From Rickettsiales bacterium (lineage in GTDB: Bacteria; Pseudomonadota; Alphaproteobacteria; UBA8366): a stretch of DNA of 64,000 bases. Below are positions 48,867-58,849 of this stretch, in pieces. Position 1 is the stretch's first letter; every line of letters begins with the position of its first letter. The notes beneath the pieces were generated by a model, which saw only the letters and a program-made list of their open reading frames with translations, was not told the origin of the DNA and ran no database searches. The stretch lies in contig JAYPOZ010000005.1 in the NCBI GenBank assembly GCA_038131165.1, forward strand, positions 14,114 through 78,113, given 5' to 3'. The position numbers were made by a program, and so were the translations under genes.

Positions 48867-50480
48867 ATGTCGGATAGGAAAACGGAGAGTTTCGATGCCG
48901 TGGTTGTCGGCGCGGGGTTTGCGGGCATGTATGCCCTGCACCGCCTGCGCCGCATGGGGATGACGGTCAGGGTCTTCGAGGCCGGCGACGGCGTTGGCGG
49001 GACCTGGTACTGGAACCGCTATCCGGGCGCGCGCTGCGACGTCGAGAGCATGGAGTACTCCTATTCCTTCGATCCCGAGCTCGAGCAGGAATGGGTCTGG
49101 CCCGACAAGTACAGCAAGCAGGAGGATATCCTGCGCTACGCCAACCATGTGGCGGACCGCTTCGATCTGCGCCGCGACATCCAGTTCGAGACGCGCATCA
49201 CATCCGCAATCTACGACAAGGCGAGCAACCGCTGGGCGGTCGCGACCGATAAGGGCGACACGGTTTCGGCGCATTTCTGCATCATGGCGGTCGGCAATCT
49301 GTCAACGCCGCGGGTGCCGGACTTCAAGGGGATCGAGCGTTTCAAGGGCGAGTGGTATCACAGCGGGCTGTGGCCGAAAGAGGGCGTCGATTTCACCGGC
49401 AAGCGCGTCGGCGTCGTCGGCACCGGCTCGACCGGCATTCAGATCATCCCGCAGGTCGCCCCGCAGGCGAAGCATCTGCACGTCTTCCAGCGGACCGCGA
49501 ATTACAGCCTGCCGGCGCGCAACGGGCCGCTGCCGGAAGAGGTGCGGGCCGCGCATAAGAGGAAGTACCGCGAATTGCGCGAGCAGGCCTATTTCACGCC
49601 GTTCGGGATCGCGGGCTATCCGCCGCCGACCAAGGGCGCCGTCGAAGCCGATGCGGAGGAGCGCGAGCGGGCATACGCGCAGAAATGGGCGGAGGGCGGC
49701 ACCATCAGTTATCTGTTCGCCTACAACGATCTGCTGACCAATGCGGAATCCAACGAAACCGCATCCGAATTCGTGCGCGAGCGCATCCGCGAGATCGTCA
49801 AGAACCCGGAGACGGCCGAGCTGCTGGCGCCGAAGGACCATCCCATCGGCACCAAGCGCATCTGTCTCGACAGCGGCTATTACGAGACCTACAACCGCGA
49901 CAACGTCACCCTGGTCGATGTCCGCAGCGCGCCGATCCAGGAGATCACCGAGACCGGCCTGCGGACCACGGCGGAAGAATTCGAGCTCGACGCGATCATC
50001 TTCGCGACCGGCTTCGACGCCATGACCGGCGCCATTCTGGAGATGGACGTCCGCACCGCCGACGGCCTCGCGATGCGGGACAAGTGGAAGGACGGCCCAC
50101 AGACCTATCTCGGCATCATGGTCTCCGGCTTCCCCAACCTGTTCGTCATCACCGGCCCGGGCAGCCCGGGCGTCAAATCGCAGATGATTCTCTCGATCGA
50201 GCAGCACACCGAATGGATCACGGACTGCATCGCCAACATGCGCGAGAAGGGCCTGTCCCGGGCCGAGGCCCTGCCGGACGCCGAGGCCGAGTGGGGCCGC
50301 CACGTCAACGAGGTCGCGGATTCGACCCTCTATCCGCTGGCCAATTCCTGGTATGTGGGCGCCAATATTCCGGGCAAACCGCGGGTCTTCATGCCCTATG
50401 TCGGCGGCGTCGAGGCGTATAAGAAAATCTGCGACGAGGTCGCGGCCGACGGCTACAAAGGGATCGCGATGGCGCCCTGA
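48867..50480 (+). CDS. Baeyer-Villiger monooxygenase (cyclohexanone/phenylacetone monooxygenase family)
   Basis: GAGFAG, GGTWYWNRYPGARCD, FKGEWYHSGLWP BVMO fingerprint, GTGSTG, ATGFD. Confidence 0.93.
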   Translation: MSDRKTESFDAVVVGAGFAGMYALHRLRRMGMTVRVFEAGDGVGGTWYWNRYPGARCDVESMEYSYSFDPELEQEWVWPDKYSKQEDILRYANHVADRFDLRRDIQFETRITSAIYDKASNRWAVATDKGDTVSAHFCIMAVGNLSTPRVPDFKGIERFKGEWYHSGLWPKEGVDFTGKRVGVVGTGSTGIQIIPQVAPQAKHLHVFQRTANYSLPARNGPLPEEVRAAHKRKYRELREQAYFTPFGIAGYPPPTKGAVEADAEERERAYAQKWAEGGTISYLFAYNDLLTNAESNETASEFVRERIREIVKNPETAELLAPKDHPIGTKRICLDSGYYETYNRDNVTLVDVRSAPIQEITETGLRTTAEEFELDAIIFATGFDAMTGAILEMDVRTADGLAMRDKWKDGPQTYLGIMVSGFPNLFVITGPGSPGVKSQMILSIEQHTEWITDCIANMREKGLSRAEALPDAEAEWGRHVNEVADSTLYPLANSWYVGANIPGKPRVFMPYVGGVEAYKKICDEVAADGYKGIAMAP

Positions 50481-50552
50481 CGATGGATGGCGGCGGCCGG
50501 CGCGCCATATCCCTGAAACGACGTGCGAGGCAACGATGGCTGAGGAGCGGCA

Positions 50553-51317
50553 ATGAGCAACAGAGTGCGTGTCGAGGTGGGGGGACCGGTGAAGACGGTG
50601 ACCCTGACCCGACCGGAGAAGCGCAATGCCATGGATACGGCGATGCTGGACGCGCTGTACGACGTCTTCACCGAAGCGCCGGCGCCGACGGATCGGCTCA
50701 TCGTGCTGCGCGCGGAGGGGTCGACCTATTGCTCGGGCGTCGATCTCAAGGAGCGCCTCGCCCTCGGCGTGACCTCGGGGGAAAGCCCGGTCGAGCGGGT
50801 CTTCCACGCCATGGAGCATCACCCGTTGCCCATCGTCACCGTCGTTGAAGGACCTGCCATAGCCGGCGGCTGCGAGCTGGCGCTGCACTGCGAGTTCGTC
50901 GTGGCGTCGGAAGACGCGCGCTTCGGCATGTCGTTGGCGCAGGTGGGCCTTGCGCCGACCTGGTTCCTGGCGAAGAAGCTGATGGAGGTGGCCGGCCCCG
51001 TCGGCACCCGCGAGATATTGCTGCTCGGCGATCCGATGCCGGCGCGCTGGATGTTCGAGCGCGGCCTGATCGCCCGGGTCGCCGCCAAGGATCAATTGGA
51101 GACGGAAGTCGCGAAGATCGTCGACCGGCTGTCGGCGAACGCGCCGCTGTCGCTCAAGGCGATGAAAGCCATGATCACCCGCCAGCTGGCCTTTCGCGAC
51201 GGCGTCGCCCATGACGATGTGGACGCCCTGGTGCAGGCGGCGCGCAAGAGCAACGATTCGAAAGAAGGCATGTCCGCGCGCCTCGAGAAGCGCAAACCCA
51301 GCTTCACCGGAACCTGA
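50553..51317 (+). CDS. enoyl-CoA hydratase/isomerase family protein
   Basis: RPEKRNAM, CSGVDL, AIAGGCELAL, EKRKPSF. Confidence 0.9.
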   Translation: MSNRVRVEVGGPVKTVTLTRPEKRNAMDTAMLDALYDVFTEAPAPTDRLIVLRAEGSTYCSGVDLKERLALGVTSGESPVERVFHAMEHHPLPIVTVVEGPAIAGGCELALHCEFVVASEDARFGMSLAQVGLAPTWFLAKKLMEVAGPVGTREILLLGDPMPARWMFERGLIARVAAKDQLETEVAKIVDRLSANAPLSLKAMKAMITRQLAFRDGVAHDDVDALVQAARKSNDSKEGMSARLEKRKPSFTGT

Positions 51318-51330
51318 GGGGAGCAAACCG

Positions 51331-51672
51331 ATGCCGGTCCGCATGGATAAACCTTGGATGCCGCTCGACGAGGAGGCGCTGAAAATCGTCGCGTCGCATC
51401 TCGGCGTCTACCAGCTGGCGAACGCCGCCGGCGAGATCGTCTATATCGGCGTCGCCGACGCCCGCACCTTGTTCGGCCTGAAGGGCGAGCTGCGCAAGGC
51501 GATCGCTGCGCCGCCCGCCGGCGCCACCCAGTTCCGGGTCGAGGTCAACATGGCCTACCGGACCCGCCATGCCGAATTGCTGCAGGCTTACCAGCACGAC
51601 CACGGCGCGCTGCCGGTCGCCAACACGGATATCGATCCCCGGATGCTGGGCTGCTTGCGCCCCGCCGGTTGA
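51331..51672 (+). CDS. small GIY-YIG-like hypothetical protein
   Basis: ATG after GAGGGGAG; GVYQL...VYIG motif; fits between operon genes. Confidence 0.65.
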   Translation: MPVRMDKPWMPLDEEALKIVASHLGVYQLANAAGEIVYIGVADARTLFGLKGELRKAIAAPPAGATQFRVEVNMAYRTRHAELLQAYQHDHGALPVANTDIDPRMLGCLRPAG

Positions 51673-51691
51673 GGAAGAGAAGGACACCCAA

Positions 51692-52855
51692 ATGGATTTT
51701 GCCCTGACGGACGAGCAACGGATCATCGTCGACATGGTGCGCCGCTTCGTGCGCGAGGAAATCGTGCCGCTGGAGGACAATCTCGACCCGGACGCGGACG
51801 AGGTGTCGCCCGAGAAACTGGCGGAACTGGTCGCGAAGACCAAGGAAATGGGCCTCTACGGGCTCGACACGCCGCCGGAATACGGCGGGCCGGAGATCGA
51901 TCTGGTGACCCGCTGCCTGATCGCCATCGAGTGCAGCCAGCATCGCGCCGGGCTCTATGCGCCGTGCTACTACGCCTTCGGCGGTGCCCGGCAAGCGCAG
52001 CTGTTCGAGGCCACCGAAGCGCAGAAGGAAAAGTACCTCTACCCGATGCTGAACGGCGAGAAGAAGGTCTTCTTCGGCCTCTCCGAGCCGTCGGGCGGCA
52101 GCGATCCGGGACGCGCCATTCAGACCCGCGCGGTGCGCGACGGCGACCATTGGGTGCTGAACGGCACCAAGCTCTGGATCAGCGGCGCCGACCGGGCCGA
52201 TTACGGGTTGCTTTTCGCGCGCACCGGCGGACCGGGCCGCGGCGGCGTTACCGCCTTCATCGTCGAGACCGAATGGGAAGGCTTCAACGTGCGCCGGGTG
52301 GTCCATACTTTGCGCTCGGCAAAATACGCCACGGAAATCCAGCTCGAGAACTTGCGCGTCCCGCACGAAAACATCCTCGGCGAGGAAGGCGGCGGCTTCG
52401 CCATCGCCAACGACCGCCTGTCGCGCCAGCGCGTGCCCTATTCGGCGGAATGCCTCGGCGTCGCGATCAAGGCGCACCAGATGGCGACCGAATACGCGAA
52501 GATCAGGGAGACCTTCGGGGCTCCGCTTTCCCATCGCCAGGGCATCCAGTGGATGCTGGTCGAGAACGAGATCGATATCCGCGCCGCCCGGCTGTTGGTG
52601 CTAGACGCCGCATCGAAGGCCGACCGGGGCGAGCCGTTCCGGACCGAATCCGCCATCGCCAAGCTGGTGGCGAGCGAAAACAGCTTCCGTGTCGTCGACC
52701 GCTCGATGCAGATTCACGGCGGCCTCGGCGTCGCCAAGGACCTGCCGCTGGAGCGCTGGTTCCGCGAGATGCGCATTCGCCGGGTCGGCGAGGGACCGAG
52801 CGAAGTACAAAAACACGTGATCGCCCGCGATCTCCTGAACGAATCGCTCAGGTAG
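51692..52855 (+). CDS. acyl-CoA dehydrogenase
   Basis: MDFALTDEQ, LSEPSGGSD, LNGTKLWIS, RETFG, QIHGGLG, EGPSE. Confidence 0.93.
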   Translation: MDFALTDEQRIIVDMVRRFVREEIVPLEDNLDPDADEVSPEKLAELVAKTKEMGLYGLDTPPEYGGPEIDLVTRCLIAIECSQHRAGLYAPCYYAFGGARQAQLFEATEAQKEKYLYPMLNGEKKVFFGLSEPSGGSDPGRAIQTRAVRDGDHWVLNGTKLWISGADRADYGLLFARTGGPGRGGVTAFIVETEWEGFNVRRVVHTLRSAKYATEIQLENLRVPHENILGEEGGGFAIANDRLSRQRVPYSAECLGVAIKAHQMATEYAKIRETFGAPLSHRQGIQWMLVENEIDIRAARLLVLDAASKADRGEPFRTESAIAKLVASENSFRVVDRSMQIHGGLGVAKDLPLERWFREMRIRRVGEGPSEVQKHVIARDLLNESLR

Positions 52856-52878
52856 GATTTGTCGGTGCCCGCTCGCCT

Positions 52879-52950
52879 GTCACCCTTCGACAAGCTCAGG
52901 GTGACGTGACTGTTCGTTAACGCTCGTCATCCTGAGCCTGTCGAAGGATG
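52879..52950. repeat. REP-like doublet (CTTCGACAAGCTCAGG family)
   Basis: GTCACCCTTCGACAAGCTCAGGGTGAC ... GTCATCCTGAGCCTGTCGAAGGATG, two inverted palindromic units. Confidence 0.75.
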
Positions 52951-52974
52951 GCGGTTGCACTGACCGAGGTTCCA

Positions 52975-54180
52975 ATGACCGAACAACCGCGCTGGCCGCT
53001 CGAAGGGGTGAAGGTCCTCGACCTTGGGCAGATCTATAACGGACCCTATGCCGGATTCCTGCTCGCCCATGCGGGTGCCGACGTGGTCAAGGTGGAGCCG
53101 CTCGGCGGCGAGGTGCTGCGCCAGCGGGGCGGCGGGCTCGGCGTGCCGTTCTCGCTCACCATACTGAACACCAACAAGCGCGGCCTTGCCATCGATCTCA
53201 AGCATCCGGACGGCAAGGCGCTGCTGATCGACCTGGTCCGGCAGGCCGATGTCCTGCTGGAAAATTTTGCCCCCGGCGCCATGGATCGGCTCGGCCTCGG
53301 CCCGGAAACGTTGCTCGAGGTGAACCCGAGCCTGATTTACGGCTCAAGCTCCGGCTACGGCCTCTCGGGCCCGGACCGGGACAATCTGGCGATGGACCTG
53401 ACGGTGCAGGCGGTCGGCGGCGTGATGAGCATCAACGGCCCCGAAGACGGCCCGCCGCTGAAGGCCGGACTCGCGGTGTGCGATTTCGCCGGTGGCGTGC
53501 ATCTCTACGCCGGTATCATGACCGCGCTCTACGAACGCTCGGTCACCGGTCGGGGCCGCGTCGTCGAGGTCGCGATGCAGGAGGCAATCTACCCCTTCCT
53601 CACCAGCAACGTCACCAGCATGCACGGCAACGGCTGGAAACATCCGGAGCGGCGCGGCAACAGCCACCCGACCCGGGGCTCCGCCCCCTACAACGTCTAT
53701 CGCTGCGCCGACGGGCATGTGGCGATCATCTGCGTGCAGGAAGCGCATTGGGACAGTCTGCTGAAATTGATGGGGCGCGAGGACCTGAAGGGCGACCCGC
53801 GCTTCGAGACGCAGGGCATCCGGGCGCAAAACGACGCGGCGGTCGACGAGGTCGTCGAGGCCTGGACCCGGACGCTGCCGAAGGCCGAAGCGGCGCGCCT
53901 GATGCGGGAGCACCGGGTGCCCGCCGCGCAGGTCCGCAATCTGGAGGAAGTCACCGCCGACCCGCACATGCATCAGCGCGGGATGCTGCACGATATCGAT
54001 CATCCGGAGATGGGCCGGGTGGTGCTGCCGACCAGCCCGCTGCGCTTTCACGGCAGTCCGGCGCCGGATATCGCGCTGGAGCCCGGCATCGGCGAACATA
54101 CGGACGTCGTGCTGCGGGAATGGTTGGGACTGGACGGGGCCGCGATCGACGCCCTGCGCAAAAGCGACGCCGTCCGATGA
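52975..54180 (+). CDS. CaiB/BaiF family III CoA transferase
   Basis: PLEGVKVLDL, GADVVKVEP, NKRG, DVLLENFAPG, AMD catalytic Asp. Confidence 0.92.
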   Translation: MTEQPRWPLEGVKVLDLGQIYNGPYAGFLLAHAGADVVKVEPLGGEVLRQRGGGLGVPFSLTILNTNKRGLAIDLKHPDGKALLIDLVRQADVLLENFAPGAMDRLGLGPETLLEVNPSLIYGSSSGYGLSGPDRDNLAMDLTVQAVGGVMSINGPEDGPPLKAGLAVCDFAGGVHLYAGIMTALYERSVTGRGRVVEVAMQEAIYPFLTSNVTSMHGNGWKHPERRGNSHPTRGSAPYNVYRCADGHVAIICVQEAHWDSLLKLMGREDLKGDPRFETQGIRAQNDAAVDEVVEAWTRTLPKAEAARLMREHRVPAAQVRNLEEVTADPHMHQRGMLHDIDHPEMGRVVLPTSPLRFHGSPAPDIALEPGIGEHTDVVLREWLGLDGAAIDALRKSDAVR

Positions 54181-54193
54181 CGCGAAGCGGGGA

Positions 54194-54844
54194 CTAGCCG
54201 TCGAACCAGGCGCGCCAGCCGCTCCAGGCGGTGATCTGGGCCGCCATCATGACGTATCCGTCGGCATTCGGGTGCAGGCCGTCGGATGCCCGCAGGCTGG
54301 CCTCCCAATCCGGGTCGTCCTTGAAAGCCGAATACAGATCGAGATACGGCACGCCGAGTTCCGCCGCTTTCCCGGCATAGGCCTGGCTGTAGCTCTCGAT
54401 GGTCGGGTTCCGGAAATCGTAGCTGACCCCGGGGACGCGATTGACCGGCATCATGTCGGCGATGACCGGGGTCGGGCCGACCCACAAGGCGGGTCCGAGG
54501 GCGCGTGCCGCGGAAATCATGCGCTCGATGCGCTCCAGCGATTCGTCGAGGGCGACCCGCTGGCCGGTGCGGGCGGCGCTGGTTTCGAAGGCGCTGTCGT
54601 TGATCCCGATGGCCCAGACCGTGCCGCAGTTCATGGGCGGCTTCAGTCTGGCGTTGACCTCGATCTCCCAGCGCGCCTCCAACAGCTCCGAGGTGTCTGC
54701 TCTGATCCCCAGATTGTAGACGGTGACGTCGTGCCCTCTCGCGACTTCCGCCTGCCCGGCCCGATAGGGCCAGCCGAGCAGGGTTTCGTCGCCGGTGCCA
54801 TGGGTGATGCTGTCTCCGGCAAAGCCAATGCGAATCTCGACCAT
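54194..54844 (-). CDS. SGNH/GDSL family esterase
   Basis: GDSIT, NLGI, GIND, DGLHP. Confidence 0.9.
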   Translation of the reverse strand: MVEIRIGFAGDSITHGTGDETLLGWPYRAGQAEVARGHDVTVYNLGIRADTSELLEARWEIEVNARLKPPMNCGTVWAIGINDSAFETSAARTGQRVALDESLERIERMISAARALGPALWVGPTPVIADMMPVNRVPGVSYDFRNPTIESYSQAYAGKAAELGVPYLDLYSAFKDDPDWEASLRASDGLHPNADGYVMMAAQITAWSGWRAWFDG

Positions 54845-54906
54845 GATGTGCGTAACGCCCCCTGAAGCTGTTCTGTTTTGTAAGTTAGGCGGTGTCCCGC
54901 GCGGGT

Positions 54907-55563
54907 CTAGACGGCGACGGCAAGCGTCCCGATGGCGATACAGGCGGCGGCTTGCGTCGGGTCGATGACCGGAATGCCGAGCGACGCCTCCAGGGGGGCG
55001 CGGTGCCGCGCCATCCCGGCGCAGCCCATGATGATAACCTCTGCGCCGTCTTCATCGCGCAGTTGGGCACCTACCTTCTTCATGCGGGCGAAGGTATCCG
55101 CGCCGCCTTCGACCTCGGCGACGGAGAGGCCGAGCGGGCGGTCGCCGGCACAGCGCGGGTGCAGCAGGCGTTCCTGAAGATGACGGCGATGGCGGGCGAC
55201 GGAGTTCGCCAGGATCGAAATCACCCCGAATGGCCCGCCGCGGGTCAGCGCCGTTGCGACGGCGCACTCGGCGATGCCGAAGACCGGCCGGTCCGTCGCC
55301 TCACGGCACATGTGCAGGCCCGGGTCGCTGTAGCAGGCGATTACGAAAGCATCGGCCTCGTTGTCCTCGCGCATCCAGTCGGCGAGCAGCGGCGCCACCC
55401 GGATCGAATCCGCCTCGCTCTCGATGCCGAAGGGACCGTCCGCGAGGGTGACGCAGTCGAGCGACGGGCCGCCGTTGCGGCGCAGCGGGTCAAGCGCCGC
55501 CGACATGCTGTCTGTCACGGCGGCATTCGAATTCGGGTTGATGATACGGATGGTTTGAGTCAT
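54907..55563 (-). CDS. hydantoin racemase-like Asp/Glu racemase family protein
   Basis: IINPNS, IACYSDPG, MGCAGM, PVIDPT; both catalytic Cys present. Confidence 0.9.
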   Translation of the reverse strand: MTQTIRIINPNSNAAVTDSMSAALDPLRRNGGPSLDCVTLADGPFGIESEADSIRVAPLLADWMREDNEADAFVIACYSDPGLHMCREATDRPVFGIAECAVATALTRGGPFGVISILANSVARHRRHLQERLLHPRCAGDRPLGLSVAEVEGGADTFARMKKVGAQLRDEDGAEVIIMGCAGMARHRAPLEASLGIPVIDPTQAAACIAIGTLAVAV

Positions 55564-55604
55564 GGGTTCGGCTCCCGGCAGGGCCTGCGGTTCGCGTCGG
55601 TCGA

Positions 55605-55737
55605 CCCCCTCACCCTACCCTCTCCTCCTCGCCAGGGGGAGAGGGGATTCCACAAGGCTTTAGCGAGGTTCCCCTCTCCCGCGTGCGGGAGCGGGAGGGG
55701 CCCGTGCCCGCGTAGCGGGCATGGGAGGGTGAGGGCC
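55605..55737. repeat. composite REP-like element (CCCTCACCC...GGGAGAGGG family)
   Basis: CCCTCACCCTACCCTCTCC...GGGGAGAGGGG, then CCCCTCTCCCGCGTGCGGGAG..., ending GGGTGAGGG; near copy at 57703. Confidence 0.8.
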
Positions 55738-56499
55738 TTACAGCCGTGCCAATCTCGGCGTCCAGCCACCGATCAGCACCTCGCCCGGATGCGTGGGCGG
55801 CGCGAGGTGGGCGAGGCCGAGCTCGTCCAGCAGCGCCCAGGCGAGACAGATGTTGGAACAGAGGAACGGCTTGCCGGTGCGTTCGGTCAGAGGGGCGACG
55901 GCGGGCAGGGTCGCCATGCCGGAGCCGGTGACGACGATGACATCGGCACGTTCGGTATCCAGTGCCTTGGAGGCCTCCAGCATGCCCTCTGTGCGCAGTC
56001 CGTAGATGTTCACCGTGTCGGAAGTGTCGTCCGGCATCGAAGCGACGGAGACGACCTCGTAGCCCTTCTTCGTCCAATAGGCGCTGCTGAGCTCGGTCAG
56101 CCAGTCGGGATAAGGGCTGAACAGCGCCAGCCGCTCCGCGCCCAGGCGCTGCAAGGCGCGCTCGATGGCCTGCGCCGAAGCGATGATCGGATAGCCCATC
56201 TTCTCCGACATGGCCGCCAGCCGCTCGTCCTGACGGACGTCTTCCAGATAAGCGGTGGCGGTGAAGGAAAACCCGAAGGCGTCGATCTTCGCCTTGCCGT
56301 AGGCCTTCAGGCTGGTCTCCAGATTGTCGATATATTCGTAGAACCGGGTGCGGGCGTTGTCGGCTTTGCCGGTCAGGCGCGTGACCAGCATGCCGACGCC
56401 GTCGGGCAGCAGCGCCGACATTTCCGCCTCGACGACGGGATTGGTCTGCGGCGGGGCGATGCCGAGCAAGGCATGGCGGGCGTATTCGCGGTCGGGCAT
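55738..56499 (-). CDS. maleate isomerase/arylmalonate decarboxylase-like protein (no catalytic Cys)
   Basis: PQTNPVVEAE, FSFTA, LFSPY, VTGSGM, KPFLCSN; start MPDREY after AAGGAG. Confidence 0.8.
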   Translation of the reverse strand: MPDREYARHALLGIAPPQTNPVVEAEMSALLPDGVGMLVTRLTGKADNARTRFYEYIDNLETSLKAYGKAKIDAFGFSFTATAYLEDVRQDERLAAMSEKMGYPIIASAQAIERALQRLGAERLALFSPYPDWLTELSSAYWTKKGYEVVSVASMPDDTSDTVNIYGLRTEGMLEASKALDTERADVIVVTGSGMATLPAVAPLTERTGKPFLCSNICLAWALLDELGLAHLAPPTHPGEVLIGGWTPRLARL

Positions 56500-56553
56500 T
56501 TTTTGCTCCTTGTTCATTTGCTAGGCTCCAGAATGAACTGAGAGGATAGGTAA

Positions 56554-57702
56554 ATGCCAGACATTCGTCCCTTCGAATTGCACGTCCCTGACGAGACGCT
56601 AAAGGACATCGAAGCCCGCGTGCGGGCCTTTCCCTGGCACGAGATGCCGGAGGACGGCGGTTGGGCCTATGGCGCCAATCTCGATTACATGAAGGAACTC
56701 TGCGCCTATTGGCTCGACGGCTTCGATTGGCGCACGCAGGAGGCGGCGATCAACCGGCATGCGCATTTCGTCGCCCCGGTCGACGGCATCGACATCCATT
56801 TTATGCACGAGAAGGGCAGCGGGCCCGACCCGATGCCCTTGATCCTGAGCCACGGCTGGCCCGGCAGCGTCGTCGAATTCCTGGATTTCGTCGAGCCCCT
56901 GGCGCATCCGGAGCGCTTTGGCGGCAAGGTCGAGGATGCCTTCGACGTGGTGGCGCCGTCGCTTATCGGGTTCGGGTTTTCCGGCAAGCCGCCGCGCCCG
57001 TTCGGTCCCCGCAAAATGGCCGGATATTTCAACAAGCTGATGACGGAGGTCCTGGGATACGAGCGCTACATGGCCCAGGGCGGCGATTGGGGCGGCGCGC
57101 TCTCCAGTTGGCTCGGCTTCGATCATGCGCCCGCCTGCCGGGGCATCCACGTCAACATCATGATCATGCGGACGGCGGACGGCCCGCAGGGCCCCGATGA
57201 AGAAGCCTGGGCCGCGGCCTTCGAGCGGGAACAGGAGATGGAGAACGGCTACCGTACCCAGCAGGCGACCAAACCGCAGACCCTCAGCTATGCGATGATG
57301 GACAGCCCGGTCGGCATCGCCGCCTGGCTGATCGAGAAGTTCAATTCCTGGTCCGATACCGTGGGGGACGACATCGAGAGCGTCCACAGCAAAGATGCGA
57401 TGCTCACCAACATCATGGTCTATATCGCCAGCCGCACCTTCAACACGGCCTCGTGGATCTATTACGGCCGGCGCGAGGAAGGCGGCCGCGTGATGTCGCC
57501 CGACGGCAGGCGCGTCGAGGTACCGACCGCCTGCGCGCTGTTTCCGAAGGAGCTGCTCTCCTGGCCGCCCCGCAGTTACGCGGAGCGTATCTATAACGTG
57601 ACGCAATGGACGGAAATGCCGCGCGGCGGCCATTTCGCCGCCATGGAGGAGCCGGACCTGCTCTTGGCGGACATCCGCAAATTCGCGCGGACGCTGCGCT
57701 AG
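56554..57702 (+). CDS. epoxide hydrolase (microsomal/EHN type)
   Basis: FDWR, HGWPGS, QGGDWG, GGHFAAMEEP. Confidence 0.93.
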   Translation: MPDIRPFELHVPDETLKDIEARVRAFPWHEMPEDGGWAYGANLDYMKELCAYWLDGFDWRTQEAAINRHAHFVAPVDGIDIHFMHEKGSGPDPMPLILSHGWPGSVVEFLDFVEPLAHPERFGGKVEDAFDVVAPSLIGFGFSGKPPRPFGPRKMAGYFNKLMTEVLGYERYMAQGGDWGGALSSWLGFDHAPACRGIHVNIMIMRTADGPQGPDEEAWAAAFEREQEMENGYRTQQATKPQTLSYAMMDSPVGIAAWLIEKFNSWSDTVGDDIESVHSKDAMLTNIMVYIASRTFNTASWIYYGRREEGGRVMSPDGRRVEVPTACALFPKELLSWPPRSYAERIYNVTQWTEMPRGGHFAAMEEPDLLLADIRKFARTLR

Positions 57703-57815
57703 GGCCCTCACCCTAACCGTCTCCCGCAGACGGGAGAGGGAACCAGATCGTAATCTCCTCTCCCGCGCGCGGGAGAGGAAGGGGCCCGCCGCGAAGCGGT
57801 GGGAAGGTGAGGGCC
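57703..57815. repeat. composite REP-like element, copy of the 55605 family
   Basis: GGCCCTCACCCTAACCGTCTCCCGCAGACGGGAGAGGG ... CTCCTCTCCCGCGCGCGGGAGAGG ... GGTGAGGGCC. Confidence 0.8.
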
Positions 57816-57870
57816 TTTCAGCTGCGAGTTCCCTGGTGTCGTCAAACGGACGTGAAGGGCTCAGGCCATA

Positions 57871-57996
57871 ATTCCGGATAACGCCGATGGCGTTTCCGGA
57901 ATGAAGGGAGTGGCGGTTCTCTCTGATCGGGCGGTCCCTGGCATCGTGCCCCCTCGCTCGTCATTCCGGGGCGATGCGAAGCAGCGAACCCGGAAT
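57871..57996. repeat. pair of ATTCCGG...CCGGAAT palindromic REP-like units
   Basis: ATTCCGGA-TAACGCCGATGGCGTT-TCCGGAAT (57871-57902) and ATTCCGGG...CCCGGAAT (57963-57996). Confidence 0.7.
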
Positions 57997-58069
57997 TAAG
58001 GCCTGAGCGTTGCCTGCCGTCGTCTTTCTGTGTCGGAAGATTCAGGCTCTGGTTCAGGATAACGACCGG

Positions 58070-58831
58070 CTACAGCCGCGCGAGGCGTGGCGACCAGCCG
58101 CCGAGCAGCGTCTCCCAGGGGGCTGCGGGCGGGGCGAGAGTGGCGAGGCCGAGCGCGTCCAGGAGTGCCCAGGCGAGACAGAGGTTGGAACACAGCACCG
58201 GTTTCCCCGTGCGCTCGAACAAGGGCCGGATGGCGGGGAGCACCGGCATGCCCGTCCCGGTGACGAGAACGACGTCGGCGGCATCGGTCTCCAGCGCTTC
58301 GGCGGCCCTCAGGAACCCGGCCGAGCTCAGGCCGTAGATATTGACCGTGTCGGAGGTGTCGTCCGGCATCGTGCCCCAGGACACGATGTCGTAGCCGAGC
58401 CCGGCCCAGTAATTGCGGCTGGCGGCGGTCAGCCAGTCCGGATAGGGGCTGAAGAGCGCGATCCGCCGGGCGCCGATCCGCACCAGCGCCCGCCGGATCG
58501 CCATCGCCGAGGAGAGCACCGGCACCCCGAGCCGGTCCGAGGCAGCTCCCAGAATATCCGGCTCGTCGCTGCCGAACAGATACGCGGTCGCGGTGCAGGC
58601 GAAGCCGATGGCGTCCGGCCTTGCCTTGCCGTAGGCGGCGAGGCTCCGGTCGAAATTCTCCAGAAACTGATGGAAGCGCGTCTTCGGATCTTCCGCGGTG
58701 CCGGTCAGCCGGGTCGTCAGCATCCCGACCCCGTCCGGCAGCAGGGCCGAATACTCCGCCTCCACCACCGGGTTCGATTGCGGCGGCGCAATGCCGAGAA
58801 GCGCGTGGCGGGCATATTCGCGAGCGGGCAT
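58070..58831 (-). CDS. maleate isomerase/arylmalonate decarboxylase-like protein (single Cys), paralog of 55738
   Basis: PQSNPVVEAE, FACTA, LFSPY, VTGTGM, KPVLCSN. Confidence 0.82.
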   Translation of the reverse strand: MPAREYARHALLGIAPPQSNPVVEAEYSALLPDGVGMLTTRLTGTAEDPKTRFHQFLENFDRSLAAYGKARPDAIGFACTATAYLFGSDEPDILGAASDRLGVPVLSSAMAIRRALVRIGARRIALFSPYPDWLTAASRNYWAGLGYDIVSWGTMPDDTSDTVNIYGLSSAGFLRAAEALETDAADVVLVTGTGMPVLPAIRPLFERTGKPVLCSNLCLAWALLDALGLATLAPPAAPWETLLGGWSPRLARL

Positions 58832-58849
58832 GGGTAACCTCTTTCCATA

